From Actinomycetes bacterium (lineage in GTDB: Bacteria; Actinomycetota; Acidimicrobiia; Acidimicrobiales; Palsa-688), in assembly GCA_021808785.1 (NCBI GenBank), contig JAKBAX010000001.1, positions 1-63,801 on the forward strand: DNA of 63,801 bases. Reading direction: 5' to 3'. Below are positions 16,576 to 26,382 of the stretch, piece after piece. Every line of letters starts with the position of its first letter. Position 1 is the stretch's first letter. Both the position numbers and the translations under genes were made by a program. The notes beneath the pieces are model-generated. The model had not been told where the DNA came from and did not search any database. It was given only the letters and a program-made list of their open reading frames with translations.

Positions 16576-19060
16576 CCAACCCATCGACCGCAGGGCCGAC
16601 CGACTGCGGGCATCTGGTCCTGAGGGGGCCGGACCCCTTGAAGGCCTCAGAGTGGTCGACCTGTCGCCGGATGCGCTGGGTGCACAGGTGTCCATGGTCC
16701 TGGCCGACTTCGGCGCCGATGTCATTTGGGTGGAACGCCCGGGTGGCGGCCGCCTGCGCCGGCAGAGGTCCTTCCCCTTCCTCGCCCGGGGCAAGCACAG
16801 TGTCATAGCTGACCTGAAGGAACCGGTCGGCCGCAATCAGGTCATCGACCTGGCGGCTCAGGCGGACGTGCTCATCGAGACGTTCCGCCCCGGAGTAGCC
16901 GACCGTCTGGGCTTGGGATACGCGCCGCTGCGGGAGATGAATCCGGCTCTCGTGTACACGTCGATCACCGGCTTTGGTCGGCGCGGCCCGTGGGCCTCCT
17001 TGAAGGGGTACGAGGGAGTGGTGTCGGCTCTCCTCGGTATCTTCGGGTCCTTCGAGGGCATGAATCCCTCCGGGCCACCTCCTTTCGTATCCGTGCCATG
17101 GTGCTCTTTCGCCGCCTCTCAGGCTGCACTTCACGGGATCCTCGCCGCCCTCTTCGAGCGAGAGTCCAGCGGGCTCGGCCAATGGGTCGAGGCCAATATG
17201 GCGCAGGCCGTCACCATCCACGAGGGGGCGTCCTCGGCGTGGTACTCCTATCTGGTCTCCAGCAGATGGCCCGACGCCTTCACGCTCGCTCCTATGGTGA
17301 GCAAGGACGGCGTTCCCCTGAGCCACTTCATCTTCCGTCTCCTGGTCGGTCAGACCCGGGACGGGCGTTGGCTCCAGTTCGCCCAGAACCGCCCGCGTCT
17401 GTTCGAAGCGTTCATGGTGGCTCTGGGTCTGGAGTGGATGCTCACCGATCCGAAGTGGAAGGGGATCCCGCTCCTGGAGGACGAGGACCTCCGCGTCGAA
17501 TTGTGGGACCGGATGTTGACGGCCGTGCGGGAGCGGTCGCTTCCGGAATGGGAGAGCGTGTTCGCCGCCAACCACGATGTGTACGCCGAGTGCTATCGCA
17601 GTGGTGCGGAAGTGCTGGATCACCCTCAGTTGGCGGCCGAGAACCTCATCATCGAGATCCAGGACCCGGAGCGGGGGGTGGTGCGCCAGCCCGGCCCGAT
17701 GTTCCGCCTGAGCACCACTCCGGCGGTGCCCGGCCGTCCGGCGCCGGTGCTCGGAGGTCACACCGCAGCGGGCTGGGCGTCGAGAACCGGCCCGACAGTG
17801 GGGCCCGGGCCGGAGGGAGCCCTCCCGCTGGCCGGTATCACGGTGCTCGAACTGGCCATGCAGTACGCCGCTCCGATGGGAGTAACGCTGCTGGCGGATC
17901 TCGGGGCCCGTGTGATCAAGGTCGAACCGCTGGACGGGGAGGCGATCCGGCGTCAGGTGCCCCAGTTCCCGGAAGCTGGCGGAGCCAAGGTGATGCAAGG
18001 GAAGGAGAGCATTGCGCTCGATCTGAAGACCCCGGAAGCGGCCGAGATCATCCATCGGCTGGTCGATCGGGTGGACGCAGTGGTCGAAGGGTTCCGTCAG
18101 GGCGCAGCCGAGCGGATATCAGTGGATGAGGCCACTCTCCGGGCGATCAATCCGGAGCTGATATACCTGACGGCCCGTGGGTACGGCACCGGCGAACCCT
18201 GCGGCGACCGCCCCGCGTTCGCCCCCACCTTCGGGGCGGCCGGAGGGATCGCCACCGCCCAACTCGGCGGCCCCGGACCCGAGGATCCGTCGATCGGTAT
18301 CTCCGAGGTTTCAACCCGGAGCGCCCTCCTGAGGTCGGCCAGTGCGTCCAAGTACGCATCCGCCGACGGCATCGCCAGCCTCGGCGTGGCAACCGGCCTG
18401 TTGATGGGACTGCTCGCCCGACGTCGCGGCGCGGGAGGCCAGCACGTGGCCTGCTCGATGCTGCAATCGACGGTGCACGCCATGGCCGAGAGCGTCATCG
18501 AGTTCCGCGACAGCCCAGGCGCCACCGACCCGGGCTTCGAGATGCGGGGGCCTCATGCCCTCTACCGGGTGTACGACGCGTCCGACGGATGGGTGTTCCT
18601 GGCCGCCCCGCAGAGGGAGGAGTGGGATGTTCTGGCCGCCGCAATGGAGGAGTACGCCGATCTGCGGGGCGACGAACGCTTCCGGACCCCCGAAGGGCGC
18701 GCCGACCACGACGGGGCGCTCGGAGAGCTGTTGGCGGGTGCCTTCCGTCGGCGCACCGCTACGGAGTGGCAAGCGGTCCTGGCCGCACACGACATAGCGG
18801 GCGTCGCCGTGACCACCGGGCCCGTAGAGGCCCTCCTGATGAGCGACGAGATCGGTCGGGCGAGCGGTTACATCACCGATGTCGACCACCCGATCTTCGA
18901 CCGGCACCCGAGGCTCGCTCCCATAGTCGCCTTTTCGAGGTCGACAACTCAGGCCGGAGCGGGCGGTCTGTGCGGCGACTCGACCGAGTCCGTCCTGGGC
19001 GAGATCGGCTACCCGCCGGACCGGATAGCCGAACTCAGAGCTCAGCGGGTGATCCTGTGA
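16559..19060 (+). CDS. Tandem (two-domain) family III CoA-transferase (CaiB/BaiF)
   Basis: About 833 codons. Two copies of the family N-terminal signature are present: GPLEGLRVVDLSPDALGAQVSMVLADFGADVIWVERP and LPLAGITVLELAMQYAAPMGVTLLADLGARVIKVEP. The start is uncertain: GTG at 16559 or ATG at 16517, both overlapping the SDR. Confidence 0.85.
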   Translation: MSPARSQPIDRRADRLRASGPEGAGPLEGLRVVDLSPDALGAQVSMVLADFGADVIWVERPGGGRLRRQRSFPFLARGKHSVIADLKEPVGRNQVIDLAAQADVLIETFRPGVADRLGLGYAPLREMNPALVYTSITGFGRRGPWASLKGYEGVVSALLGIFGSFEGMNPSGPPPFVSVPWCSFAASQAALHGILAALFERESSGLGQWVEANMAQAVTIHEGASSAWYSYLVSSRWPDAFTLAPMVSKDGVPLSHFIFRLLVGQTRDGRWLQFAQNRPRLFEAFMVALGLEWMLTDPKWKGIPLLEDEDLRVELWDRMLTAVRERSLPEWESVFAANHDVYAECYRSGAEVLDHPQLAAENLIIEIQDPERGVVRQPGPMFRLSTTPAVPGRPAPVLGGHTAAGWASRTGPTVGPGPEGALPLAGITVLELAMQYAAPMGVTLLADLGARVIKVEPLDGEAIRRQVPQFPEAGGAKVMQGKESIALDLKTPEAAEIIHRLVDRVDAVVEGFRQGAAERISVDEATLRAINPELIYLTARGYGTGEPCGDRPAFAPTFGAAGGIATAQLGGPGPEDPSIGISEVSTRSALLRSASASKYASADGIASLGVATGLLMGLLARRRGAGGQHVACSMLQSTVHAMAESVIEFRDSPGATDPGFEMRGPHALYRVYDASDGWVFLAAPQREEWDVLAAAMEEYADLRGDERFRTPEGRADHDGALGELLAGAFRRRTATEWQAVLAAHDIAGVAVTTGPVEALLMSDEIGRASGYITDVDHPIFDRHPRLAPIVAFSRSTTQAGAGGLCGDSTESVLGEIGYPPDRIAELRAQRVIL

Positions 19061-19124
19061 CCCGGTGCAACGGTTCTGGGCCGATCAGGCAGGCGTTATT
19101 ACCAGCAGCGAAGGTGGTGCACCA

Positions 19125-20324
19125 ATGACAATCAAGGACAAGGCGGCAGTGGTCGGAGTGGGGGCCACGCCGTATTACAAGCGCGGTCAGTCCTACCCGC
19201 AGACCGAGCTGAGCATGGCTTGCCGAGCGGTGCTCCTCGCCCTGGAGGACGCCGGACTGTCGGTCCAGGATCTGGACGGCTTTGCCCTCTACGCCCAGGC
19301 CTGCGAGCCGGCCGAGCTGGCGGCCACGTTGGGTGTCCCCGAGGTCCGTTTCACCACGATGATCACCGGAGGAGGCGGTGCCTCGGCCGGAGCCCTCGGC
19401 GTAGCCGCCGCCGCCATCCACGGCGGCATGGCGACAACCGTCGTGACAGTGATGACGGTGCAGCAGCGGGACCGTCGCCTGGGTGGGAGCTCAGTGGGCG
19501 GACAACTCACCTACGGCCAGGCGGCCATGGGCATCTCCAGGCCGTACACCGCCTTCAGCTCCAACAGCGGCCTGCTCGGACCTGGTCACGCCGCAGCGCT
19601 CATCGCCCGACGGCACATGCACCTGTACGGCACCGAGCGCGAGCACTTCGCCGAGGTCTGCATCACCTCCCGGGACAATGCCATCCGCCGGCCGACCGCG
19701 TTGCAGACGACGCCGCTGTCGATGGATGACTACTTCAACGCCCGGATGATCGCCGACCCCCTCTGCCTGTTCGACTACACCTTGGAGACAGACGGAGCGG
19801 TCGCCGTCGTGACCGTGTCCGCCGACCGGGCCCGAGATCTCAGACACCCGCCCGTCTATGTGATGGGGTCCGCCCATGGTGGGATCGGCCGGACCGGCCC
19901 TCTCAACTGGAAATGGCTGCAGATGCCCGAAGACGATCTGGTCTCGTCGGGATCCCGCTCGGCCGCCCGACGGATGTACGAGATGGCGGGCATCGGACCT
20001 GCCGATGTGGACGTCGCGCTCATCTACGACAACTTCTCGCCAATGGTGATCATGCAACTGGAGGACTACGGATTCTGCCCTGTCGGCCAGGGCGGCCCGT
20101 TCGTGGCGGACGGGAACATCAGGTGGAAGGGTGGGTCCATACCGGTCAACACCCATGGGGGGAACCTGTCCGAGGGCTATGTGATCGGGATGACCCATGT
20201 CAGGGAGGCGGTCGAGCAGTTGCGCGGCACCGCCGTCAACCAGGTCGACGGTGCCGAGGTCGCCCTGGTCACGGGGGGTACCTCCCTGCTACCGATGAGT
20301 GGCACGTTGCTGAGGAAGGGATAG
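19125..20324 (+). CDS. Thiolase-fold, Ltp2/SCP-x-like lipid-transfer protein; apparently lacks the thiolase Cys nucleophile
   Basis: 399 codons from ATG at 19125, with a GAAGGTGG RBS. Carries AVVGVGATPYYKRG, GGGGASAGALGVAAAAIHGG where thiolases have CxSG, and NTHGGNLSEGYVIGMTHVREAVEQLRG. Confidence 0.85.
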   Translation: MTIKDKAAVVGVGATPYYKRGQSYPQTELSMACRAVLLALEDAGLSVQDLDGFALYAQACEPAELAATLGVPEVRFTTMITGGGGASAGALGVAAAAIHGGMATTVVTVMTVQQRDRRLGGSSVGGQLTYGQAAMGISRPYTAFSSNSGLLGPGHAAALIARRHMHLYGTEREHFAEVCITSRDNAIRRPTALQTTPLSMDDYFNARMIADPLCLFDYTLETDGAVAVVTVSADRARDLRHPPVYVMGSAHGGIGRTGPLNWKWLQMPEDDLVSSGSRSAARRMYEMAGIGPADVDVALIYDNFSPMVIMQLEDYGFCPVGQGGPFVADGNIRWKGGSIPVNTHGGNLSEGYVIGMTHVREAVEQLRGTAVNQVDGAEVALVTGGTSLLPMSGTLLRKG

Positions 20325-20328
20325 GACC

Positions 20329-20802
20329 ATGACCGATGGCGTGACCTCCAGCGAGCTCCGCAGGGGGGTCTTTCCAGGCCTGCAGCTGCAGACTTATGCT
20401 GATGAGACCACGGAGCCGTTCTGGAGCGCGGCGCGACACGACCGACTGGTCGTGCCTCGATGCCGGGAGTGCGGCACATTCCGGCTTCCACCACTGCCCA
20501 TCTGCCATGTCTGCCAGTCGGAGGTCACCGACTGGGAGGAGCTGCCCGGGACGGGGACCGTACTCACCTTCACGATCGTCCACCATCCACTTCATCCTGA
20601 TCTGGCGGCGGTGTGCCCCTACGTCTCGGCCGTCGTGGATCTGGACGGCACCCAAGGGGAGGGCGCCCGGATCCTGGTCAACGTGACCGACTGTGATCCG
20701 GCCGCGGTGTCCATCGGCGCGCCGGTTCGCATCGTCTTCGACCATGTCAACGACGACATGTCGATACCTCGCGCCAACCTGGTGGCCGACCGCCCGGTAT
20801 AG
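20329..20802 (+). CDS. DUF35 OB-fold / zinc-ribbon protein
   Basis: 157-aa ORF whose ATG lies 4 nt after the thiolase-like stop, with a GAGGAAGGGA RBS. Carries CRECGTFRLPPLPICHVCQS (CxxC...CxxC ribbon). Confidence 0.85.
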   Translation: MTDGVTSSELRRGVFPGLQLQTYADETTEPFWSAARHDRLVVPRCRECGTFRLPPLPICHVCQSEVTDWEELPGTGTVLTFTIVHHPLHPDLAAVCPYVSAVVDLDGTQGEGARILVNVTDCDPAAVSIGAPVRIVFDHVNDDMSIPRANLVADRPV

Positions 20803-20807
20803 ACGCC

Positions 20808-21764
20808 ATGATTCTCTTTGTATCCGAAGAGGGAGTGACGTATGGACAGCCGGAGAGGGTGACGCCGCTGGTACGTCGGGTGGTGGCCCGTAACCCGGGG
20901 CCCTACACCCTTCACGGCACGTGCTCGTACATCGTCGGCGAGGGAGAGGTCGCGGCCGTCGACCCCGGCCCGGACGACCCTGAGCACACACAGGCGCTGC
21001 TCGGGGCACTCGGACCGGGCGAACGGGTCAGCCACATCCTGGTCACCCACTCCCATACGGATCACTCGCCCGGGGCGCGCCGGCTCAGGGAGCGTACCGG
21101 CGCCCCTGTGTACGGCTTCGGGCCGCCGGTCCGCATCGACGATCCTGACGGTAGTCGGGTGATCTTCGGAGATCCCGACGCCGATCCCGATCCGGCGCAG
21201 CCCCCACCGCCGAGAGGCGGGGACCTGGACTTCCGACCGGATGTGCGGCTACGACACGGTGAGTTGATCAAGGGGTCGCAATGGACCATCGAAGCCGTGC
21301 ACACCCCGGGCCACGCCAGCAACCACCTGTGCTACCGGATACTCGAGGACAGGGCACTCTGCACGGGCGATCACGTCATGGGTTGGGCCACCACCGTGAT
21401 CTCGCCCCCTGACGGGAACCTGACCGAGTACCTGGAGAGCATGGACGGCCTGATCGAGGGAGACCGCGACGATCTGTACCTGCCGGGCCACGGACCACCT
21501 ATTGACGAACCGTGTCACTTCGTCCGGGCCCTGGTCGCCCATCGTCACGACCGTGATGCCCAGATAATCGGACTCCTGGAACAGGGCCTGGCAACCATCG
21601 CAGAGATGACGCCGGTGATGTACTCGTCCCTGGCCAAGCGCATATGGCCGGCGGCCGCCTCGTCGGTCTACGCCCACCTGCTCCGGCTGGAGTCCCTCGG
21701 CGTGGTGAGAGCCGTCGACGGCGGATCCCTGTCGAGGGCCGGCCGAATCAAGCTCTCGGCCTGA
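20808..21764 (+). CDS. MBL-fold metallo-hydrolase
   Basis: 318-aa ORF with ATG at 20808. Carries HILVTHSHTDHSPGA (HxHxDH) and AVHTPGHASNHL. Confidence 0.85.
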   Translation: MILFVSEEGVTYGQPERVTPLVRRVVARNPGPYTLHGTCSYIVGEGEVAAVDPGPDDPEHTQALLGALGPGERVSHILVTHSHTDHSPGARRLRERTGAPVYGFGPPVRIDDPDGSRVIFGDPDADPDPAQPPPPRGGDLDFRPDVRLRHGELIKGSQWTIEAVHTPGHASNHLCYRILEDRALCTGDHVMGWATTVISPPDGNLTEYLESMDGLIEGDRDDLYLPGHGPPIDEPCHFVRALVAHRHDRDAQIIGLLEQGLATIAEMTPVMYSSLAKRIWPAAASSVYAHLLRLESLGVVRAVDGGSLSRAGRIKLSA

Positions 21765-21820
21765 CCGGCTCCCGGCCGATGGACTCGCCGCCCGACCCGA
21801 CGCAACGGCAGAGTTGAGTC

Positions 21821-22558
21821 GTGTCGCTGTCCTACGAGGTGAGGGACCGGATCGCCTACGTGACGTTGGGCCGACCAGAGCGGCACAACGCCCTGCGGGA
21901 CGAGGATCTGGTCCAACTGGGCGACGTCCTGCGCCAGTTCGACGATGACGCAGCTGCTGACATCGGGATCGTGCACGGCCGAGGACCGTCCTTCTGCAGC
22001 GGCTCGGATGTGGTGCACCGCATGCAGCGGGCCTATGTCGAGGGGGTAGCCGAGAGCGAGCCGAGCGAGCTGGACGGCGTCCTGCAGACGCAGCACTGGA
22101 AGCCGCTGATCGCCGCCGTACAGGGGTACTGCCTGGGCCAGGGAATCGGCTTGGCCTTCATGTGCGATCATGTGGTGGCGTGCAGTGGCGCCCGCTTCCA
22201 GGTCACCGAGGCGGTCGTCGGGGTACCAGCTGCGACCTTCGTCGAACGGCTCGGGGGTGGTCGACTGGCCATGGAGGCGGGTATGACCGGACGCTTCTTC
22301 ACTGCCCAGGAGGCGGCAGCTGCCGGGATGCTGACGCGACTCGTCGACGACGGCCACCATCTGACCGGAGCGGAGGCCCTCGCCCGCGAGATCCTGGCCA
22401 ATCCGCAGGGAGCCATCCGTGAGCTGGTCCGGTACCGCCGATTGAAGCTGGCCCAGTCACTCTTCGCCTTGGAGGAGACGAGCCGCCCTTTCGACTGGGC
22501 CGGCGATCTCGAGACCCAGAGCCGCATCAAGGCTCGGATCGCCCGGCACCAGTCGTAG
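21821..22558 (+). CDS. Enoyl-CoA hydratase/isomerase family protein
   Basis: 245-aa ORF with GTG at 21821. Carries IAYVTLGRPERHNAL, GRGPSFCSGSDV and PLIAAVQGYCLGQG. Confidence 0.8.
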   Translation: MSLSYEVRDRIAYVTLGRPERHNALRDEDLVQLGDVLRQFDDDAAADIGIVHGRGPSFCSGSDVVHRMQRAYVEGVAESEPSELDGVLQTQHWKPLIAAVQGYCLGQGIGLAFMCDHVVACSGARFQVTEAVVGVPAATFVERLGGGRLAMEAGMTGRFFTAQEAAAAGMLTRLVDDGHHLTGAEALAREILANPQGAIRELVRYRRLKLAQSLFALEETSRPFDWAGDLETQSRIKARIARHQS

Positions 22559-22660
22559 GCGAGCCCGGCAGTCGTCCGGCCTACGCACTTGATAAGAAAG
22601 TCGCTGCTCGAGCGGGGATAGGATCGGTGTCGGAACGGACGACAGAGGAGACGGGCGAGC

Positions 22661-23443
22661 GTGGGCACGAGACTGCAGGGCAAAACGGCGCTCATCACGG
22701 GTGCGGCCCGAGGTCAGGGCGAGGCGACGGCGCGTCTGTTCGTCCAGGAGGGGGCGCGCGTGGTGATCTGCGATGTGCTCGAAGAGGAAGGGAGGGCGCT
22801 GGCCGACGATCTCGGTGACAGCGCCCGTTTCGAGCGACTCGACGTCACTTCGATCGATGAATGGGATGGCGTCGTGGCGTCGGCTCTTGACGTCTTCGGG
22901 GAGCTCAACGTCCTGGTCAACAACGCCGGGATAGGGGCGGTCGGGACCCTCGACGGGATGCCGCTGGATGAGCACCGCCGGATACTCGACGTCAATCTCA
23001 ACGGCGTCTACTTCGGGATGCGGGCGGCCCGGTCGGCGCTGGTGGCCAGTGGGAACGCCTCCATCATCAATGTGTCCTCCATCGACGGTCTGGCCGGTGT
23101 CCTCGGCATGACCAGCTATGTGGCCAGCAAGTTCGCCGTGACCGGGATGACCCGGTCAGCGGCCATCGAGCTCGGACCCGTCGGCGTCAGGGTCAACTCC
23201 GTGCATCCGGGCGTGATCGACACACCTATGCTCGGCCCATCCGACAGCCCGACCCGTCCTCGCCTGGCGAATCTGGTCAAGATGCAGCCCATCCCCAGGC
23301 TGGGACGCCCGGGGGAGGTGGCGTACCTCTCCTGCTTCCTTGCGAGTGATGAGTCGAGCTACATCACCGGAGCCGCCATCCCGGTCGACGGCGGCCATCT
23401 CGCCGGACCGTTCAGGGAGTACTCCTCAGGGGAGTTGGGCTGA
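22661..23443 (+). CDS. SDR, 3-alpha(20-beta)-hydroxysteroid dehydrogenase (FabG3)-like
   Basis: 260-aa ORF with GTG at 22661 and an AGAGGAGACGGG RBS. Carries LQGKTALITGAARGQGEATARLF, NNAGI and YVASKFAV. Confidence 0.9.
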   Translation: MGTRLQGKTALITGAARGQGEATARLFVQEGARVVICDVLEEEGRALADDLGDSARFERLDVTSIDEWDGVVASALDVFGELNVLVNNAGIGAVGTLDGMPLDEHRRILDVNLNGVYFGMRAARSALVASGNASIINVSSIDGLAGVLGMTSYVASKFAVTGMTRSAAIELGPVGVRVNSVHPGVIDTPMLGPSDSPTRPRLANLVKMQPIPRLGRPGEVAYLSCFLASDESSYITGAAIPVDGGHLAGPFREYSSGELG

Positions 23444-24925
23444 CCCGGCCTCGGGAATCCTGGCCTCGATCAGTCGGGCCCGATTGATCTTCCCGGCAGT
23501 GGTGCGGGGGAGCTGATCGAGGAACTCGAAGGACTTGGGCACTTTGGGTCCGGCCAGCATCTTCTTGGCGAAGTCCCGGAGCGTCTCGACATCAGGTGGA
23601 TCGGTGGCCTCTCTGGGCTCGACGATGGCGTGCACCCGATGACCCCAGGCCGGGTCCGGGATCCCTATGACTACTACATCGGCGACCTCGGGATGCTCGG
23701 AGAGGGCAGCCTCGACCTCCGCCGGGAACACGTTGACCCCTCCTGTGACGATCATGTCCTGACGACGATCGGCAATGTACAGATAGCCGTCCTCATCCAA
23801 CCGTCCGAGATCGCCGAAGCTCAGATATCCGCCCATGATCGGCTCCGGTGTAGGGACGCCAACATACTGGAAGGTCGCTCCGGGAGCGGTCCGGCGCATG
23901 TAGATCTGCCCGGTCTCACCGACCGGGAGAACCTCCCCGTCGCCCGCCACGATGACCACCTCGCAGCCGACCGGTCGCCCGGAGGTTCCCGGATGGTCGA
24001 GCCACTCCCGGCCGGTGCACATCGTGAGGCCCAGGCCCTCGCTGCCACCGTAGGAGAATATGAAGTTCTCGGGAGGTACCAACTCCAGCCACGTCCGGGC
24101 CACCCATTCCGGCAGGCTGGCTCCCCCGTAGTGGACGAAATCGAGGCTGGACAGGTTCCGGGAGCGGATGCCGTCCAGGCGGGCGATCCGTTGGAGCATG
24201 GTCGGCACCAGGATGGTCCCGTTGACCTTGTGCCGTTCCACCAGCTCCACGAACCGGGGGGCATCGAACTTCTCCATCAGCACGACGCGGGATCCGGCCA
24301 GGAGGGGGTTGAAGCACGAGGCCGCTCCGTTGGTGTGATAGAGGGGTGAGGCGCACAGGACGACTCCTGCCTCGGCCGACACGTTGCCCGTCGTATCGCC
24401 CTGATCGGTATAGAGAGCAGGGTCGGAGCCCAGGATGATCTTGGGGGTGCCGGTCGAACCCGAAGTGGCTATGAGGCGCGAATAGCGGGGCGTCCCGCCA
24501 TCGGGAACGGGCGATGGGTCCAACTCCACCGCCTCCTCGAGATCACGTGACGTGACGGCCCGGAACTCCTCGCTCACCCAGTCGGCGACCACCGCGGTGT
24601 GGCCGGCCACCTGGAGGAGACGGTCTCGTTCCCATTCGGGCAGGTCGCTGCGCAACGGAAGTACGGAGGCGCCGAGCTTCCACGCGCCGAAGACGGCCAC
24701 GACGTGGTCCGGCGAGTTGGCCAGCCCGACCACGACGATGTCGCCGGTTCGCACGTCCCGGCCCCGAAGGAGCCGAGCGGCCTGGTTGGACCGGGACTCG
24801 AGTTCGCTCCAGGACCACTCGGTCACGGGGCCCTCGGATTCGGCGAACAGGAGAGCGCTAGCCGATCCCCGCTCCTCGGCCAGGTTGCTCAGGCGTATGC
24901 CGTATGGGGTACCACTATGGCTCAT
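23426..24925 (-). CDS. AMP-dependent acyl-CoA synthetase/ligase
   Basis: 499-aa ORF with ATG at 24925. Carries IATSGSTGTPKII and a C-terminal PKSFEFLDQLPRTTAGKINR. Its 3' end overlaps the convergent SDR by 18 nt. Confidence 0.9.
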   Translation of the reverse strand: MSHSGTPYGIRLSNLAEERGSASALLFAESEGPVTEWSWSELESRSNQAARLLRGRDVRTGDIVVVGLANSPDHVVAVFGAWKLGASVLPLRSDLPEWERDRLLQVAGHTAVVADWVSEEFRAVTSRDLEEAVELDPSPVPDGGTPRYSRLIATSGSTGTPKIILGSDPALYTDQGDTTGNVSAEAGVVLCASPLYHTNGAASCFNPLLAGSRVVLMEKFDAPRFVELVERHKVNGTILVPTMLQRIARLDGIRSRNLSSLDFVHYGGASLPEWVARTWLELVPPENFIFSYGGSEGLGLTMCTGREWLDHPGTSGRPVGCEVVIVAGDGEVLPVGETGQIYMRRTAPGATFQYVGVPTPEPIMGGYLSFGDLGRLDEDGYLYIADRRQDMIVTGGVNVFPAEVEAALSEHPEVADVVVIGIPDPAWGHRVHAIVEPREATDPPDVETLRDFAKKMLAGPKVPKSFEFLDQLPRTTAGKINRARLIEARIPEAGSAQLP

Positions 24926-25101
24926 GATTTACCGGTCGTCCTCTTGGTCATCCTCTCCAGAAGAGTGGACTCTGTCGATCTGGCGGTGGAAGAGGGGTCC
25001 GCGACTTGACCCCGATATCGAGATCGTAGTCGGGAGAGTTGCGCCCCCGGTAGCGACGTGGCAGGATTTGGGAAGACGTTTCCGATTGGGGGGTTCCGAG
25101 G

Positions 25102-26373
25102 ATGCTTCGTCTGACCGGTAGGTTCGTGGCGGTGGTCGCCGCCGTCACGCTCGCAGCGGCTGCCTGCTCGAGCTCCTCCAAGCCTTCTGCCGGGGGATCC
25201 GGCAACAACGGCAGCACTGTCCCGACCACGACAGGCCAGTCACTTACGAGTGTAAAAGTGGGTGTCCTGGCCGATCTGACAGGGGCGGGAGCCGTAACCG
25301 GCAACAGCACCGTGCCCGGCATCAAGGCCGGCGTCGGACTGGCTCGGACGGAGGGATACAACGTCAGCTACGTGCTGGCCGACACACAGTCGACACCAGC
25401 GGGTGTGCTGGCCGCGGCCCAGCGCCTGGTAGAGCAGGATCATGTGTTCGCCGTCATCATGATCTCCCAGCTCGGTTTCGGAGCTGCTCAGTACCTCACG
25501 TCCCACGCCATTCCGGTCATAGGGATCAACGTCGACGGCTCGGAGTGGTTGACGGCCAAGAACATGTTCTCGGTATACGGGTACGCGGACTACTCGAAGG
25601 TGATCACGACATACGGGACGATATTCAAGCAGCTCGGCGGGACCGTCTTCGGCGGTGCCGCATACAGCATTGCGCCGGCGTCATACCTCAATAACAAGAG
25701 CGCGGCGGCCTCGGCGAAGCTGGCCGGCCTGAAGGTCGGCTATGACAACACGCAGCTGGCGTACGGGACCACGAATGTGGGGCCGGTGGTCCTCGCCATG
25801 AAGAACGCCGGGGTGGACTTCGTGTATCCGAGCATCGCACAGGCGTCATCCTTCGCCATCGTCCAGGGCCTCGAACAGGCAGGGGTCAAGTTCAAGGCCC
25901 TGCTCCCAACGGGTTACGGCGGTGACCTCACCGACGCCGGCCCGGGATCGTCCCACTCGGCGCAGAACGTCTACTTCACCAACATTTACGAGCCGGTCGA
26001 GATGCACACCGCGGCGACGCAGCGGTTGGTCGACGCTCTGAAGACCTACGCCGGGGTGACGACCGAGCCCACTCTGAACGAATACTCGGGATACCTGAGC
26101 ATCGATGCCCTCGTTCAGGGGCTGAAGGCGGCGGGGGCGAATGCGACGCCGGCCCAGTTCATCAATACGATGCTCGGGATCACCGACTACTCGGCCCAGG
26201 GTCTGTTCGGAGGGAAGACCATCTCCTTCGCCCTCCAGGGCCGCGGAAGCATCTTCGGTGCGGGCGACTGCACCTACGTGGTGCAGTACCAGGGAACCAC
26301 GTTCCATCTCGTCCAGGGTATGGAACCGATATGCGGGACGACGGTGCCGGACATGACCGTCACCGGACCCTGA
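25102..26373 (+). CDS. ABC-transporter substrate-binding lipoprotein (LivJ/Peripla_BP_6-like)
   Basis: 423-aa ORF with ATG at 25102. The signal peptide ends in a lipobox-like TLAAAAC followed by a Ser/Gly/Thr-rich linker. No permease or ATPase genes are in the window. Confidence 0.85.
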   Translation: MLRLTGRFVAVVAAVTLAAAACSSSSKPSAGGSGNNGSTVPTTTGQSLTSVKVGVLADLTGAGAVTGNSTVPGIKAGVGLARTEGYNVSYVLADTQSTPAGVLAAAQRLVEQDHVFAVIMISQLGFGAAQYLTSHAIPVIGINVDGSEWLTAKNMFSVYGYADYSKVITTYGTIFKQLGGTVFGGAAYSIAPASYLNNKSAAASAKLAGLKVGYDNTQLAYGTTNVGPVVLAMKNAGVDFVYPSIAQASSFAIVQGLEQAGVKFKALLPTGYGGDLTDAGPGSSHSAQNVYFTNIYEPVEMHTAATQRLVDALKTYAGVTTEPTLNEYSGYLSIDALVQGLKAAGANATPAQFINTMLGITDYSAQGLFGGKTISFALQGRGSIFGAGDCTYVVQYQGTTFHLVQGMEPICGTTVPDMTVTGP

Positions 26374-26382
26374 GGTCCTCCT

